A stretch of 64,000 bases of DNA. It comes from a virus (lineage: Duplodnaviria; Heunggongvirae; Uroviricota; Caudoviricetes). Below the pieces are notes generated by a model. That model was given only the letters and a program-made list of their open reading frames with translations. It made no database searches and was not told where the DNA came from. Position numbers and translations under genes: made by a program. Positions 46,510 through 56,376 of the stretch are shown here, one piece after another. The stretch is from positions 71,124 through 135,123 of IMG/VR virus record IMGVR_UViG_3300021256_000055; one strand, written 5' to 3'. Within the stretch, counting starts at the first letter, position 1, and every line of letters begins with the position of its first letter.

Positions 46510-46731
46510 CTAAAAAGAAACAACTTTAATATTAGCAACATCTTGTATTCTGATAATTTTACCAGTACCTAAATCTAAAAAATTACCCCAATCCTCTGGA
46601 GTAAAACATCCATGGTCATAACAACTATTTTGTGGACGACATTTTTCACATGGATTTTTTGAAAATGCATCTATTTTATTTACTTCCAAAATATCTGAAT
46701 GGCCAGACTTAAATGATACTAATATTTTCAT
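46510..46731 (-). CDS. Small hypothetical protein with Cys cluster
   Basis: CEKC..SC..HGC. Confidence 0.6.
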   Translation of the reverse strand: MKILVSFKSGHSDILEVNKIDAFSKNPCEKCRPQNSCYDHGCFTPEDWGNFLDLGTGKIIRIQDVANIKVVSF

Positions 46732-46741
46732 AGTTAATTCC

Positions 46742-47122
46742 TTAATGTTTTTTTATACCAAAAACCCTATAGAAATGTTTTAGTTTTTCTTCTTTTTCTT
46801 TATTCTTTTCTATAACTTTCCATTCAGTATCATTATAGAATCGTTTATCTTCTAAATTATGATAGCCTCTTTGCTCAAGGAATTTTATAACATAAGGCCT
46901 TGCAAACTCCCACGCATCTTTAGTGGATGACGCATTTGCAAAAATTGGATTACAAGTTATAATATCACCATAATAAGATGATTCCCAAATACGATCAGCT
47001 ACTACTACAATATTTTTATCTTTATAAAACTCTGCCAAAAATCCTTTTTTATTATCTTCTACATCATACTCATAGCTATTAAGTACTGAAAAAGATGACT
47101 TTATTTCATCCAAGCTAATCAT
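46742..47122 (-). CDS. Hypothetical protein
   Basis: 126-aa ORF in packed operon. Confidence 0.7.
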   Translation of the reverse strand: MISLDEIKSSFSVLNSYEYDVEDNKKGFLAEFYKDKNIVVVADRIWESSYYGDIITCNPIFANASSTKDAWEFARPYVIKFLEQRGYHNLEDKRFYNDTEWKVIEKNKEKEEKLKHFYRVFGIKKH

Positions 47123-47125
47123 ATT

Positions 47126-47731
47126 TTAACCTCTTAATATTTTAATTGCTTTATCTGCTTCCGCCTGTGTAAGTCCAATATTAGAGTCACACTTAATGTA
47201 AGATTCTCCAAATAAACCTAAATCCATTTTAATATCATCCAAAACTACAAAACACTTAACTTCTGGATGGTGGTCTAACCAATGTTTTATCTGAAGACCT
47301 CTACCATAAAATTCTTTAGGCTCCACTTTATTTGGATTCTTAACTAGCCTAGCAATATTTCCCTCGTATCGCCAAACATATTCTTGATATTTTTCTTCTA
47401 ACTCAAGATTTCTTGACCAATCAGTCCAATCCTTAATAAAGATACCATATTTCTTTAATTCCTTTTTTAATGGCTTACTTAAAAATTTTGAAGTTTTATC
47501 TTTCTTAAAGAAGAAACTTTTCCAGGTAGAACTCATTACAATTCTACATTTGGTAGCTTTATAAATATCCCCCAAAAGCTTAACCGCGCGTGGGTCATGC
47601 ATTACGCCTTGTTCGCCTCTAGATAATTTTAGCCTATCATGATAGGCCGATGTAAAAAACTCTTCTGAGTTTAGTACACCATCTATATCTAAAAATAATA
47701 CTTTACTTTTATCTACTCTAGATTTACGCAT
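47126..47731 (-). CDS. HAD-superfamily phosphatase (Swiss-army-knife RNA repair type)
   Basis: FLDIDGVLN, VMSSTW, RGLQIKHWL, VVLDD, GLT; ATG 47731 overlaps upstream stop. Confidence 0.85.
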   Translation of the reverse strand: MRKSRVDKSKVLFLDIDGVLNSEEFFTSAYHDRLKLSRGEQGVMHDPRAVKLLGDIYKATKCRIVMSSTWKSFFFKKDKTSKFLSKPLKKELKKYGIFIKDWTDWSRNLELEEKYQEYVWRYEGNIARLVKNPNKVEPKEFYGRGLQIKHWLDHHPEVKCFVVLDDIKMDLGLFGESYIKCDSNIGLTQAEADKAIKILRG

Positions 47732-48200
47732 GATTTTTAGTAGGATCAAACATATAAGCGCCAGTTTTAAAACGATTATCGATACCGTTAAGCTTTAATG
47801 AAAGCCACTCTAGCTCATCTTCACAAGTATGAATAAGCTCTTGGTTTTTAAGAATGTTAGAGTCATAAATCTTATTAAGTTCATCTCGAACTATTTTATT
47901 AAACTCTTCACTCTTATAATTTGATGTATCATGATACAAAGTATATGTCCCAAAGCTATTTGTTTCAATCCTAAATTCAGACTTATTAAGCTTTTCTTTC
48001 TTTTCATTCATATCTTTTATAGAGCGATTAGCATCGTTAATACATTCTTTAAGCGCACTTACACGTGCGCAAAATGACATAATATCATCTATTGGTTTTT
48101 CGTGAGGAAGAAAGGCTGGTAAATTTGGTTTTACCAAGTCTTCTAAAACTTTATCCTGTTTTTTCTCTTCTTTTACAGGCTTATTTTTAAAAATACCCAT
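47724..48200 (-). CDS. Hypothetical protein
   Basis: 158-aa ORF. Confidence 0.7.
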   Translation of the reverse strand: MGIFKNKPVKEEKKQDKVLEDLVKPNLPAFLPHEKPIDDIMSFCARVSALKECINDANRSIKDMNEKKEKLNKSEFRIETNSFGTYTLYHDTSNYKSEEFNKIVRDELNKIYDSNILKNQELIHTCEDELEWLSLKLNGIDNRFKTGAYMFDPTKNHA

Positions 48201-48674
48201 TTATTTTTGTTCCTCCAATTCAATTCTATCATTTATCTCAATACGACTAAGCATTTCACCTAGGTCATCATAATTAATAACAACTTCCGATGCCATATTT
48301 CTTTTAATATTATTTTTATAAGCAGCATGAATATAGAGCTCTATAAAAATATCAGGTCCAAATCTTAAAAGACGAGTATCTTCAGGATCATCAATTATAA
48401 ATCGAACTATACAGCAATTTCCAGCGCAACCGCAGGATATATCAAGATAATCTCCATCACTCTGCCATTCATGAAGAAACTTTTCAATTTTGTTGATAGA
48501 TTCCTTTGTAAGCAAAAATGTATCCTTTATTTTTGGATCCCGGAATTTATTTCTATTAAAAAATCCTTTACGAATAAAAGATAACCAATAAAGTCCTAAA
48601 TCATCCTTATATAAAGCTATATATGATTTTTCCCAACCATCATACCATACAAGTTTATATTTACTTTTTTTCAT
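48201..48674 (-). CDS. Hypothetical protein
   Basis: 157-aa ORF; CGCAGNCC cluster. Confidence 0.7.
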   Translation of the reverse strand: MKKSKYKLVWYDGWEKSYIALYKDDLGLYWLSFIRKGFFNRNKFRDPKIKDTFLLTKESINKIEKFLHEWQSDGDYLDISCGCAGNCCIVRFIIDDPEDTRLLRFGPDIFIELYIHAAYKNNIKRNMASEVVINYDDLGEMLSRIEINDRIELEEQK

Positions 48675-48889
48675 ATATGATATTTTGCACCACCATTTCG
48701 AATCATAATTTCATGTTTATTTTTCATACGCTTATGGATTCTATTTCCAATTACTAGCGCTAAAGTCATACAAATTACAGTTATTATAATTGATCCTACT
48801 AGCCAAACGGGTGATCCTGTAATAAATGAAATAAAAAACATAAAACCTGCAAAAAAGCCTAATATAAATGATATAAAACACTTAAACAT
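48671..48889 (-). CDS. Small membrane protein (2 TM)
   Basis: GGAGG RBS, two hydrophobic helices. Confidence 0.7.
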   Translation of the reverse strand: MFKCFISFILGFFAGFMFFISFITGSPVWLVGSIIITVICMTLALVIGNRIHKRMKNKHEIMIRNGGAKYHI

Positions 48890-48925
48890 AAAAAACCTCC
48901 AATAGTTATATATAATATATAAATA

Positions 48926-48952
48926 AAGCGGAATAAGTCTATTATTCCGCTT
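48926..48952 (-). terminator. Probable intrinsic terminator
   Basis: aagcggaataa-gtcta-ttattccgctt stem after the 48974 gene. Confidence 0.65.
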
Positions 48953-48973
48953 AAAATTATATATATAAAATAA

Positions 48974-49204
48974 TTAATTATTAAAATAATCTATAGCTTC
49001 TACATTAGACATGCTATGAGTAATTCCATAAGTCATAGATTTTTTATCCGCCATTAAGCGAACGGCTGTTGAAGCATAAAACTCTACGCACTCTCCGCCT
49101 TTAAGGGTTTTTATAGTAGTTTTATCTAAATCTGTTGAGTATGTAAGGTTCTCATCTAATTTAGCTCTACTTTTAAGTATCCTATTAAGCTGTCCTAAAG
49201 TCAT
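48974..49204 (-). CDS. Hypothetical protein
   Basis: 76-aa ORF, GAGGA RBS. Confidence 0.65.
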   Translation of the reverse strand: MTLGQLNRILKSRAKLDENLTYSTDLDKTTIKTLKGGECVEFYASTAVRLMADKKSMTYGITHSMSNVEAIDYFNN

Positions 49205-49205
49205 A

Positions 49206-49442
49206 TTACTCCTCTAAGTATATAATTCCTTTATCACCTGAAATATCAGAATCAGCTTCATAAAAATTATAATCAAGAAGCGCTTCTATTATTACATCAT
49301 GCGCATCTTCTGCATCTTCTGTTTTATATTTTATAATAATATTATCAAGCTCTTCATCATAGATAACTTTAAGTTTATCAAAGTTTACATCCACTTCTTC
49401 AGTAATAATACTTAAAACTTTTTTTGCTGTTTTTTCAGTCAT
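49206..49442 (-). CDS. Hypothetical acidic protein
   Basis: 78-aa ORF, AGGAG RBS. Confidence 0.65.
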   Translation of the reverse strand: MTEKTAKKVLSIITEEVDVNFDKLKVIYDEELDNIIIKYKTEDAEDAHDVIIEALLDYNFYEADSDISGDKGIIYLEE

Positions 49443-49474
49443 ATACTAAATATGCTCCTAAATCTGCTATTTAG

Positions 49475-49933
49475 TTATTGTCCAAAAATTCTAATCATTT
49501 CATTAAAATAGCCATCTTTCCCAAAAGACCAAGATAAATCTCTTAAATGTGGACCAAGATATTGCCATGCGCTAGTTGTATATGGTATTGGTTCTATAGG
49601 CGCAGAAAAGTCATCGTCAAATTTACCTATAGCTAAAAGAAGACCATAGCTGTCTTGTATATGCTGCTGTATAAATTCCCAAACACCTTTTGCAGAATAC
49701 TTTGCATCTGCTAGAAGCATAGGGTCTCTAGCATAAATAATTAATTTTCCATTAAGTATTTCAGCTTTCTCTACACAAGCACAATTTAATAAAACCTCAG
49801 CTTCTTGAAGTACACCTGGTCTGATATCACTAACACAATTTATGCCACTGCAGTCTTTTTCAGGATGTTTAATAAAGAAAAATTGCGCAGTATATTCCGC
49901 TAAAGAATTCAGTATTTTTCCGATATCTTCCAT
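49475..49933 (-). CDS. Hypothetical protein
   Basis: Start moved to ATG 49933 downstream of neighbour stop. Confidence 0.65.
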   Translation of the reverse strand: MEDIGKILNSLAEYTAQFFFIKHPEKDCSGINCVSDIRPGVLQEAEVLLNCACVEKAEILNGKLIIYARDPMLLADAKYSAKGVWEFIQQHIQDSYGLLLAIGKFDDDFSAPIEPIPYTTSAWQYLGPHLRDLSWSFGKDGYFNEMIRIFGQ

Positions 49934-49943
49934 AATAAGTCCC

Positions 49944-50768
49944 CTACTCAAAATAATTAAAGCCATCAAACTTACTAGCTTCATCTACAAGTGCATTTGC
50001 GGCTAATACTTTATTATTCTGAAGTGATTTAACAACAATTGTTTTGGTAGCATATACTCTACGGCCATCTGAAAGAATTACAAATTGTTTTGTCCAATCT
50101 TTTACTATGCCCAAAGCTATTTCAAATCTTAAATTTTCACCATATGCATAAGCAATAATATCGCCTCGTTCTACCAATATATGATGTGAATCATAAATAG
50201 GTGGATATTCCGGCTTTTCCTTAACTTTTTTAAGCTGTTTTGGAATAGATACTGTTACCTTAGCAGTTACAACTTTAAACCAACTACGATTTATAGTTGG
50301 CTCAATTTTAGCCATATCATCAAAAAGCTTTTCAATAGTCGCATTAAGAACTTTAGGCGTAATAGAATTATCATCAGGACAAAACATATATTCAAACCTA
50401 TATTCTGTATGAACACCTCGCTCCCTATAATCAGGATAAAGGGTATTATTAGTAGGGTCAAATTGTCCTGCATTTGCATCATTTTCTATATCAGAATCCC
50501 ATCCTTTTGGATATATCTTACCTAATTCTCGTCTTAAATAATATTTAAGCTGTGCGCTGATTAAACCATGAAGAGTATATTGATCTCTAAGATCTGGAAT
50601 TCCAAGAGTATTACGCGCTCTAGTCTCAAGGTCGCTAACTGCGGATGAAATAATTAATTTACAATATTTTACTTTTTCGCATCTATCAGTAGCAACCTTA
50701 TTTGTATAATTAGAAAAGCTCATCCAACCAAGCTGCTTAGAGCTATAACAGTCTCTATACCACTTCAT
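49944..50768 (-). CDS. Hypothetical protein (C-terminal SH3/KOW-like segment possible)
   Basis: 274-aa ORF; VERGDIIAYA...ALGIVKDWT. Confidence 0.7.
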   Translation of the reverse strand: MKWYRDCYSSKQLGWMSFSNYTNKVATDRCEKVKYCKLIISSAVSDLETRARNTLGIPDLRDQYTLHGLISAQLKYYLRRELGKIYPKGWDSDIENDANAGQFDPTNNTLYPDYRERGVHTEYRFEYMFCPDDNSITPKVLNATIEKLFDDMAKIEPTINRSWFKVVTAKVTVSIPKQLKKVKEKPEYPPIYDSHHILVERGDIIAYAYGENLRFEIALGIVKDWTKQFVILSDGRRVYATKTIVVKSLQNNKVLAANALVDEASKFDGFNYFE

Positions 50769-50769
50769 A

Positions 50770-51594
50770 TTATTCTACCTTTGGCAATACAGCTTCAATA
50801 TAAGACTTATCTTGTGTAATAATAGACATATTCTCATCAATTACCCATTTTGATCTTGTAACTGGCAAAATACCCTTAGGTGTAGAAACATCCTCTGTTA
50901 CAGTCTTACGAATAACTGCGCTACCACGTTTTTCTACAGGAGTAAAATCATTCCAATTTACACCCTTCTGTTCGTGGAGCATATCTTGAATCTGACTATT
51001 ATTTTTTCCAAGCATTTCTTTATCGCTAAAGTAATGATGACCAAGCCCCTGAATGGAATTTCTAGATGCATCATTCTGTCTCCAGATGAAATAATTTACT
51101 ACTTCTTTTTCTGGGATATTAAATACACGCGCATCAAAATACCCACCAATATTGATACGGCTAGTCAAAGTATCTATATATTTCTTTTCAGCTTCTACAT
51201 TACTATTTTCTTTAATATAGCTGTTTGCTTCCTCCGCAAAGAATCTATTAAAGAACATAGAAGCCATAGATGCTGCAACTGAGCACATTTTTTGAACAGC
51301 ATACTCAAACCAAGCTGAAGTCTGGAGAGAATCATAATCAGTAATTAAAAGACTAATTTCGTCTGACTCAACATACCCAATTTTACAGCCCTGAATGTTC
51401 TCACATAAAGCCTGCGTAGTACGCTGCATAGTCTTAATAAAAATTTTATCATATGGCTTCTTAAAGCCTCTAGTGAAGCTGTGAAAATGGCAGCCATCTA
51501 TACGAATTATGGCAGGCATACGACGGCATAAATAGGTCTTAGAACGATTCTCATAAAATTCCTTCATTCTGTCCCCAAGGTTATCCTTAACCAT
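50770..51594 (-). CDS. thg1: tRNA(His) guanylyltransferase Thg1-like 3'-5' polymerase
   Basis: IRIDGCHFHSFT, GYVESDEISL, FDARVF, YFIWRQNDASRNSI. Confidence 0.95.
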   Translation of the reverse strand: MVKDNLGDRMKEFYENRSKTYLCRRMPAIIRIDGCHFHSFTRGFKKPYDKIFIKTMQRTTQALCENIQGCKIGYVESDEISLLITDYDSLQTSAWFEYAVQKMCSVAASMASMFFNRFFAEEANSYIKENSNVEAEKKYIDTLTSRINIGGYFDARVFNIPEKEVVNYFIWRQNDASRNSIQGLGHHYFSDKEMLGKNNSQIQDMLHEQKGVNWNDFTPVEKRGSAVIRKTVTEDVSTPKGILPVTRSKWVIDENMSIITQDKSYIEAVLPKVE

Positions 51595-51616
51595 GATTTT
51601 CTCCTTTAATTTTTAT

Positions 51617-51627
51617 TTATAATATGT
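51617..51627 (-). promoter_or_regulatory. ACATATTATAA candidate promoter element (one of four exact copies)
   Basis: Also at 45201-45211, 58501-58511, 62696-62706, all intergenic and oriented with the downstream operon. Confidence 0.55.
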
Positions 51628-51653
51628 ACTTAAATTTAATCAGTTCAAAATAT

Positions 51654-52103
51654 TTATTTATTATTCTCTAAGTATTCTTTAATGCGGTCTTCATAAAAAT
51701 AACGTGCTTGCCAATAACAATCTTCACCTGAAATAGTATGCTTAAGAGGAAAATTTAAAAGTTTTTCTAATGTATCTGTTTCTTCAGACCATTCGTTCCT
51801 AGCTTCTTTAATACTATTTTCTTTATATTCATAAGCATCTTCAGCTGTATAAAAAAGCTTTTCTAGAGGCGCGCCACTTACAGAGCCCCAATAATATGGA
51901 CTATCAATCTTTTGTCCCTTTTCATTTACATAGCATTGCCATTCTATTTTATTTATATACTTTACTATAGTAGGATGATCAGTTGCTGAGCCAATAATAT
52001 CATCTTTAAGCTCTCCAGTTATTTTTCCTTTCTCTGGACAACTATCGATATCTTTAACATAATAAACTACTAAATTTTTCTTTATATCTTCTTCTTTAAT
52101 CAA
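51654..52103 (-). CDS. Hypothetical protein
   Basis: 149-aa ORF. Confidence 0.7.
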   Translation of the reverse strand: MIKEEDIKKNLVVYYVKDIDSCPEKGKITGELKDDIIGSATDHPTIVKYINKIEWQCYVNEKGQKIDSPYYWGSVSGAPLEKLFYTAEDAYEYKENSIKEARNEWSEETDTLEKLLNFPLKHTISGEDCYWQARYFYEDRIKEYLENNK

Positions 52104-52551
52104 TTTTTAATTCCTTAAGGCATTTCTCAGTAAATACATCTTCTGGTTTCACACTAGAATTTTTAATTAAACTGTCTAGCTTTTCTAAGGCTTTCTTCAT
52201 ACCTTTTTTATTCCTATAGTATTCGCATATAGAAAGTGAAATATTATCCCTCATAAATTCTTTATATGAAGTAACTAGGTAGATACTTGAGTCATGTTCA
52301 TCGATATCTAAATATGCAATTTCTTTGCCATTTGAATTATATATATGAACTTCTGCTTCAAAAGTATTACCATCAAGCCAATCACAAGAAAAATGAAATG
52401 ACACATTCTTAAAATTTTCAGAAAAATAAATTGCCCATTTAAGTAACGCCTTAGTTCGCTTAGATGTTAAAAAATTATGATGTGGCCATTCTAATAACTT
52501 ACAGTATCTATTGTATCGGCTATTTTCTGCTTTAAGCTCTTTTAAATGCAT
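52096..52551 (-). CDS. Hypothetical protein
   Basis: 151-aa ORF, stop/start overlaps. Confidence 0.7.
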   Translation of the reverse strand: MHLKELKAENSRYNRYCKLLEWPHHNFLTSKRTKALLKWAIYFSENFKNVSFHFSCDWLDGNTFEAEVHIYNSNGKEIAYLDIDEHDSSIYLVTSYKEFMRDNISLSICEYYRNKKGMKKALEKLDSLIKNSSVKPEDVFTEKCLKELKID

Positions 52552-53030
52552 TAAAAAGTCTCCAAAATAGAAATATCATAAGGTAAATACATCTGGGCCT
52601 TTACTGGCTGAACCTTCATAAAAGTCCTAACCATAGTAGATGATATATCAGAATCCGTTGCTCTAAAATAAATCGTTTTTATAGATGGATCAAATGCTGC
52701 ATTAAATGCGGCTAGTTGATCTTCGTATAAATAATCTTGAGTATTTCTAATACCACGCACAATAAATTCGCAATCATGCTCAGCAGCTATTTCTGCCGGA
52801 ATAATAGATTCAGAATAGATTATTTTAATAGCATCTGGATTAGGTAATTTATTTTTAATTGCTTCTTTTATTGCTTCTATACTAGATGTAATTGTAAATT
52901 TTCTTTTTTTAGCTGGATTCTGTGAAATACAAATAAATACTTCATCAAATATCTTTGCAGCCTGTACTAATACAGATAAATGCCCATAAGTAAACATATC
53001 AAAACTTCCGGGATATAATGCTCTAGTCAT
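52551..53030 (-). CDS. coaD: Pantetheine-phosphate adenylyltransferase
   Basis: YPGSFDMFTYGH (HxGH-type), VRGIR..DYLYE, ISSTMVR. Confidence 0.9.
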   Translation of the reverse strand: MTRALYPGSFDMFTYGHLSVLVQAAKIFDEVFICISQNPAKKRKFTITSSIEAIKEAIKNKLPNPDAIKIIYSESIIPAEIAAEHDCEFIVRGIRNTQDYLYEDQLAAFNAAFDPSIKTIYFRATDSDISSTMVRTFMKVQPVKAQMYLPYDISILETF

Positions 53031-53295
53031 TTTTTACATCCTCCTTATCTGCTAATAAAATATCTGATTCAACACCCGCCATAGCTAATACTAAGCTTGG
53101 TAAATCTCCTTGAAATATATTATCCTTATAAATAAAAAATGATGTATTTAATGGATAATCTTTAACTGTTATATGATAATCATGATTTACATATAATGCA
53201 GCAATTATTTTTTCTTCGGTTTTACCACCCTCACCTGCATCTAAATTGAAAATATTCCAAGATGGTAAATCAGGATTTGTTTTTAACAATATCAT
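53023..53295 (-). CDS. Hypothetical protein
   Basis: Start moved to ATG 53295. Confidence 0.55.
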   Translation of the reverse strand: MILLKTNPDLPSWNIFNLDAGEGGKTEEKIIAALYVNHDYHITVKDYPLNTSFFIYKDNIFQGDLPSLVLAMAGVESDILLADKEDVKND

Positions 53296-53464
53296 ATAAC
53301 TTTCTTGCTTCCTCTTTTCTTGCTTCTTCAAATGCGTCCATTGATTCTTTATCTGGAAAAATAAAATCACAAGAATCAGGTGTAAAATTTTTAAACTTTG
53401 CACCAAATTGCATTGCTAGACTCATCTCCGCCTGATGTCTAAATTTTATAAACTTAGGCTTCAT
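53270..53464 (-). CDS. Hypothetical protein
   Basis: 64-aa ORF filling the gap, AGGGA upstream. Confidence 0.55.
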   Translation of the reverse strand: MKPKFIKFRHQAEMSLAMQFGAKFKNFTPDSCDFIFPDKESMDAFEEARKEEARKLYDIVKNKS

Positions 53465-53476
53465 AATAAATTATCC

Positions 53477-53677
53477 CTAATAAGACGTAACTTTTACACT
53501 ACCCATTTCGGTATTTTTTAAGGTTACTGTTGCTGAAAGTATCTTAGTATCTGACTCATATGGTCTGTCAGCCTTACTAAAAACCATATCGAATTTTACA
53601 GCATCTGTAGTTGCTCCGAACTTTTCAGCTATAATTTTCTTTAAGTCTGCTTCTGTTAGTTCAAATTTTGTATTCAT
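53477..53677 (-). CDS. Hypothetical protein
   Basis: 66-aa ORF. Confidence 0.6.
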   Translation of the reverse strand: MNTKFELTEADLKKIIAEKFGATTDAVKFDMVFSKADRPYESDTKILSATVTLKNTEMGSVKVTSY

Positions 53678-53680
53678 ATT

Positions 53681-54118
53681 TTAATCCTTATATAATGGAA
53701 ATTTTTTACTTATTTTATGTGCGGATTCATCATCGAGAGGCTTAAACCACATACCAATTCTACAACGACCATTGCCATTTTCATCTATAAACTCTGGCGT
53801 CAATTCAGTTTTACAGGCATCATCGATATACCCATAATCAATACCTTCTTTTAAGCCAAGCTCTTCTGCGGCGGTTTTGGCCTTATCAAGCTGGTTAAGA
53901 TTTCGTGCTTCACAAATTGTTTTTGTAAAAATATCATTGATGTAGTTATCAACAATTTCTTTACTTAAATCAAACTTAATATCGTATCCTTTAGCAGTTT
54001 TAATAAGATTTTTTCGAATAAGGTTCAACCAATAAGCTTCAGCACAATGTGATACCATTGCGGCTAACTTACCACTAGTTAAATGTAAATCTTTTCTTAT
54101 AATAAATACTCGTCTCAT
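53681..54118 (-). CDS. pth2: Peptidyl-tRNA hydrolase, Pth2 type
   Basis: IIRKDL.LTSGKLAAMVSH, KTIC, IDDACKTEL. Confidence 0.88.
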   Translation of the reverse strand: MRRVFIIRKDLHLTSGKLAAMVSHCAEAYWLNLIRKNLIKTAKGYDIKFDLSKEIVDNYINDIFTKTICEARNLNQLDKAKTAAEELGLKEGIDYGYIDDACKTELTPEFIDENGNGRCRIGMWFKPLDDESAHKISKKFPLYKD

Positions 54119-54126
54119 AATATTAC

Positions 54127-54576
54127 CTAATAATCTCTAATGGAATTTACACTACATTGTAGTGACTCTTCGGGTATATCCCCTACAACTTTAATAAGAT
54201 TAATATTTTCATTTATTGGAAGTTGCTTTGCCCATCTAAGTAGAAGCTTAGACTTTTTTAATATACAATCTGATTTTAGACCATTATATCTTATAACCAT
54301 CTTTATAGCTGGATTAGTATAAGAATGCCTAAGTTTTTCTATCCACCATCCTTTTGGAGGATAAGGTATTTCACAATTAAAAGCTACATATCCAGTAAGT
54401 TTAGGCTCTAATACCGTTTGCCATTTTTCATGACCAGAACAACAGTATTCAGTTCTATATCCCTTTTTATTTAATATCCATATAGCTTTTGCAATATAAT
54501 AATCTATCTCAGCTATATCAGAAAGATCAGAATCTGGTATAGGTATTTTTATTTTTTTATCGTCTGAATATAACAT
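54127..54576 (-). CDS. Hypothetical protein with Tyw3-like N-terminal motif
   Basis: EIDYYIAKAIWILNKKGYRTEYCCSGH. Confidence 0.5.
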   Translation of the reverse strand: MLYSDDKKIKIPIPDSDLSDIAEIDYYIAKAIWILNKKGYRTEYCCSGHEKWQTVLEPKLTGYVAFNCEIPYPPKGWWIEKLRHSYTNPAIKMVIRYNGLKSDCILKKSKLLLRWAKQLPINENINLIKVVGDIPEESLQCSVNSIRDY

Positions 54577-54577
54577 A

Positions 54578-54904
54578 TTAGCTCAATAAAGTCTTTAATA
54601 TTGTTTCTAAACTAAAATTCTCTAATGAATCTTTTGCGTTCCTATCACTATAATCAATCAATTTCTCAATATACTTATTTGCGTCTTCTTCAGATACGCC
54701 CAATTCTTTAAGCTCTTTAATTTGCTTCTCATAAATTTTTTGGTATGGACCAGCAGAGTATCTTGACTTCATAACTTTATTAACAGCATACATCATACTT
54801 TCAATCATGCCATTAAACTCAGTCATATTATCTTCTGACTCATGCGCCCATTTATCAATTGCGACCGGAATTGATATAGATACGTCACCAATATTTATAG
54901 TCAT
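54578..54904 (-). CDS. Hypothetical protein
   Basis: Start moved to ATG 54904. Confidence 0.65.
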   Translation of the reverse strand: MTINIGDVSISIPVAIDKWAHESEDNMTEFNGMIESMMYAVNKVMKSRYSAGPYQKIYEKQIKELKELGVSEEDANKYIEKLIDYSDRNAKDSLENFSLETILKTLLS

Positions 54905-54905
54905 A

Positions 54906-56153
54906 CTAATCCCACCATCCCATACCATTTTTATTCATATTATCACAAATCTTCTGATATAATTCTTTTCTATCCTTCAAATACATCATATTAGATTTAC
55001 GAATAAGCTTTCTTTTATCTTTATCCGGTGCATGTTCCCAAATTGCAGTATATTTATCATCTATATCACTAAGACTTCTCAACTTAATAATATCATGTCT
55101 TAACTGCCATAACTCACGAAGCGCAGGAATAGTACCTCTAATATGTTCTTTCATCTTTGGAGAAAGTAATTTATAATCAGCCCATTCAATATCAAAAGTT
55201 TGAGCATTATCAATAACAGTTTTTAAGACTCTATCTACAAGCTTAACTTTATTATCATCTACAGCCTCTTGAACTTTATCAAAATTGATTTCGTCAAGTT
55301 CAGTAAGTATTTGATAATCTTCATACTTATCTCTATAATGAGGAGCTTCTTTTTTTGCTCTCATATCTCCATCTGAAAAATCTATGTAATAAGTTTTCTT
55401 CTCTGGTGGAATTGTTGCTGGATCTATTAGAGTATCCGCCATGTATTCAATAAAAATACCTTTTTTAGTAGGAGTATTATATTTTGTTAAATAATAATGT
55501 CTAACGCCACTATCACTTACTTTCTTGCTTACTTTTTCATTTCCAATAAAAAGACGCAAGGCATAATCATCATCTGAATTCTTATAACTATAATATTCAA
55601 ACCAGGCATCTGAACCTGCATCTTTTCCAAAGTATCTATCAAAAACTTTCTGAATAGCCCATTTGTAATCAGACTCTAGTACATTTCTTTTAGTAAACCA
55701 AAATGTATCAATATAATGATCTTTCTGCGCATGCCACTTTCTAAGGCCATGAATCATATGAGTAAGTTTTAATTCCATCATACCCAGGATATCACCTTCT
55801 CCATCCCAAGTACGGTTTGTCGTTTCAAGCGCGTCCTCATGACACCTATAAGTTTTGCCTTCATAATCCCAGACTTTTTTAATATTTCTGAAACTATAAT
55901 AATATTCTCTTTCAAGAAACTGTTCTACTAGACGCTTCATTTCTGATTTATAATGATCCCCATACTCTTCAGGCTTATTATCTGGGTCAGCTCTGTATGC
56001 TGAACCATTAAGTCTATTATAAGCTCTAAGTCTATCAACCTGCTTATTTATAGCTTTTTCATTTGAGGAAATTACTTCTGTAAAAATATCATTCAATTGT
56101 GGGTCTGACTCTACGATTGTTAAAACCTTTTCAAATGATTCTCTAAGCGTCAT
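54906..56153 (-). CDS. Hypothetical protein (415 aa)
   Basis: Long ORF, AAGGA RBS. Confidence 0.75.
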   Translation of the reverse strand: MTLRESFEKVLTIVESDPQLNDIFTEVISSNEKAINKQVDRLRAYNRLNGSAYRADPDNKPEEYGDHYKSEMKRLVEQFLEREYYYSFRNIKKVWDYEGKTYRCHEDALETTNRTWDGEGDILGMMELKLTHMIHGLRKWHAQKDHYIDTFWFTKRNVLESDYKWAIQKVFDRYFGKDAGSDAWFEYYSYKNSDDDYALRLFIGNEKVSKKVSDSGVRHYYLTKYNTPTKKGIFIEYMADTLIDPATIPPEKKTYYIDFSDGDMRAKKEAPHYRDKYEDYQILTELDEINFDKVQEAVDDNKVKLVDRVLKTVIDNAQTFDIEWADYKLLSPKMKEHIRGTIPALRELWQLRHDIIKLRSLSDIDDKYTAIWEHAPDKDKRKLIRKSNMMYLKDRKELYQKICDNMNKNGMGWWD

Positions 56154-56175
56154 TTTTTATTCCTTTCAAAAATAA

Positions 56176-56376
56176 TTATTGATTACGATTCTTCTTGTTT
56201 TTTAACAGTTCACTACGGCTAGTATTTCCACCACTAAGAAGCGTAATTATATCTACTAAGTCATTATTATCAATGCGACCTGGACCTGATGATGATGCAT
56301 TATATCCAACTCTTAAAATTCCATCAGACCAATACACCAGTTTTGCTATTAATTCTAATTTTCGTTCCTTTTTCAT
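56176..56376 (-). CDS. Hypothetical protein
   Basis: 66 aa, ATGA overlap with upstream gene. Confidence 0.6.
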   Translation of the reverse strand: MKKERKLELIAKLVYWSDGILRVGYNASSSGPGRIDNNDLVDIITLLSGGNTSRSELLKNKKNRNQ

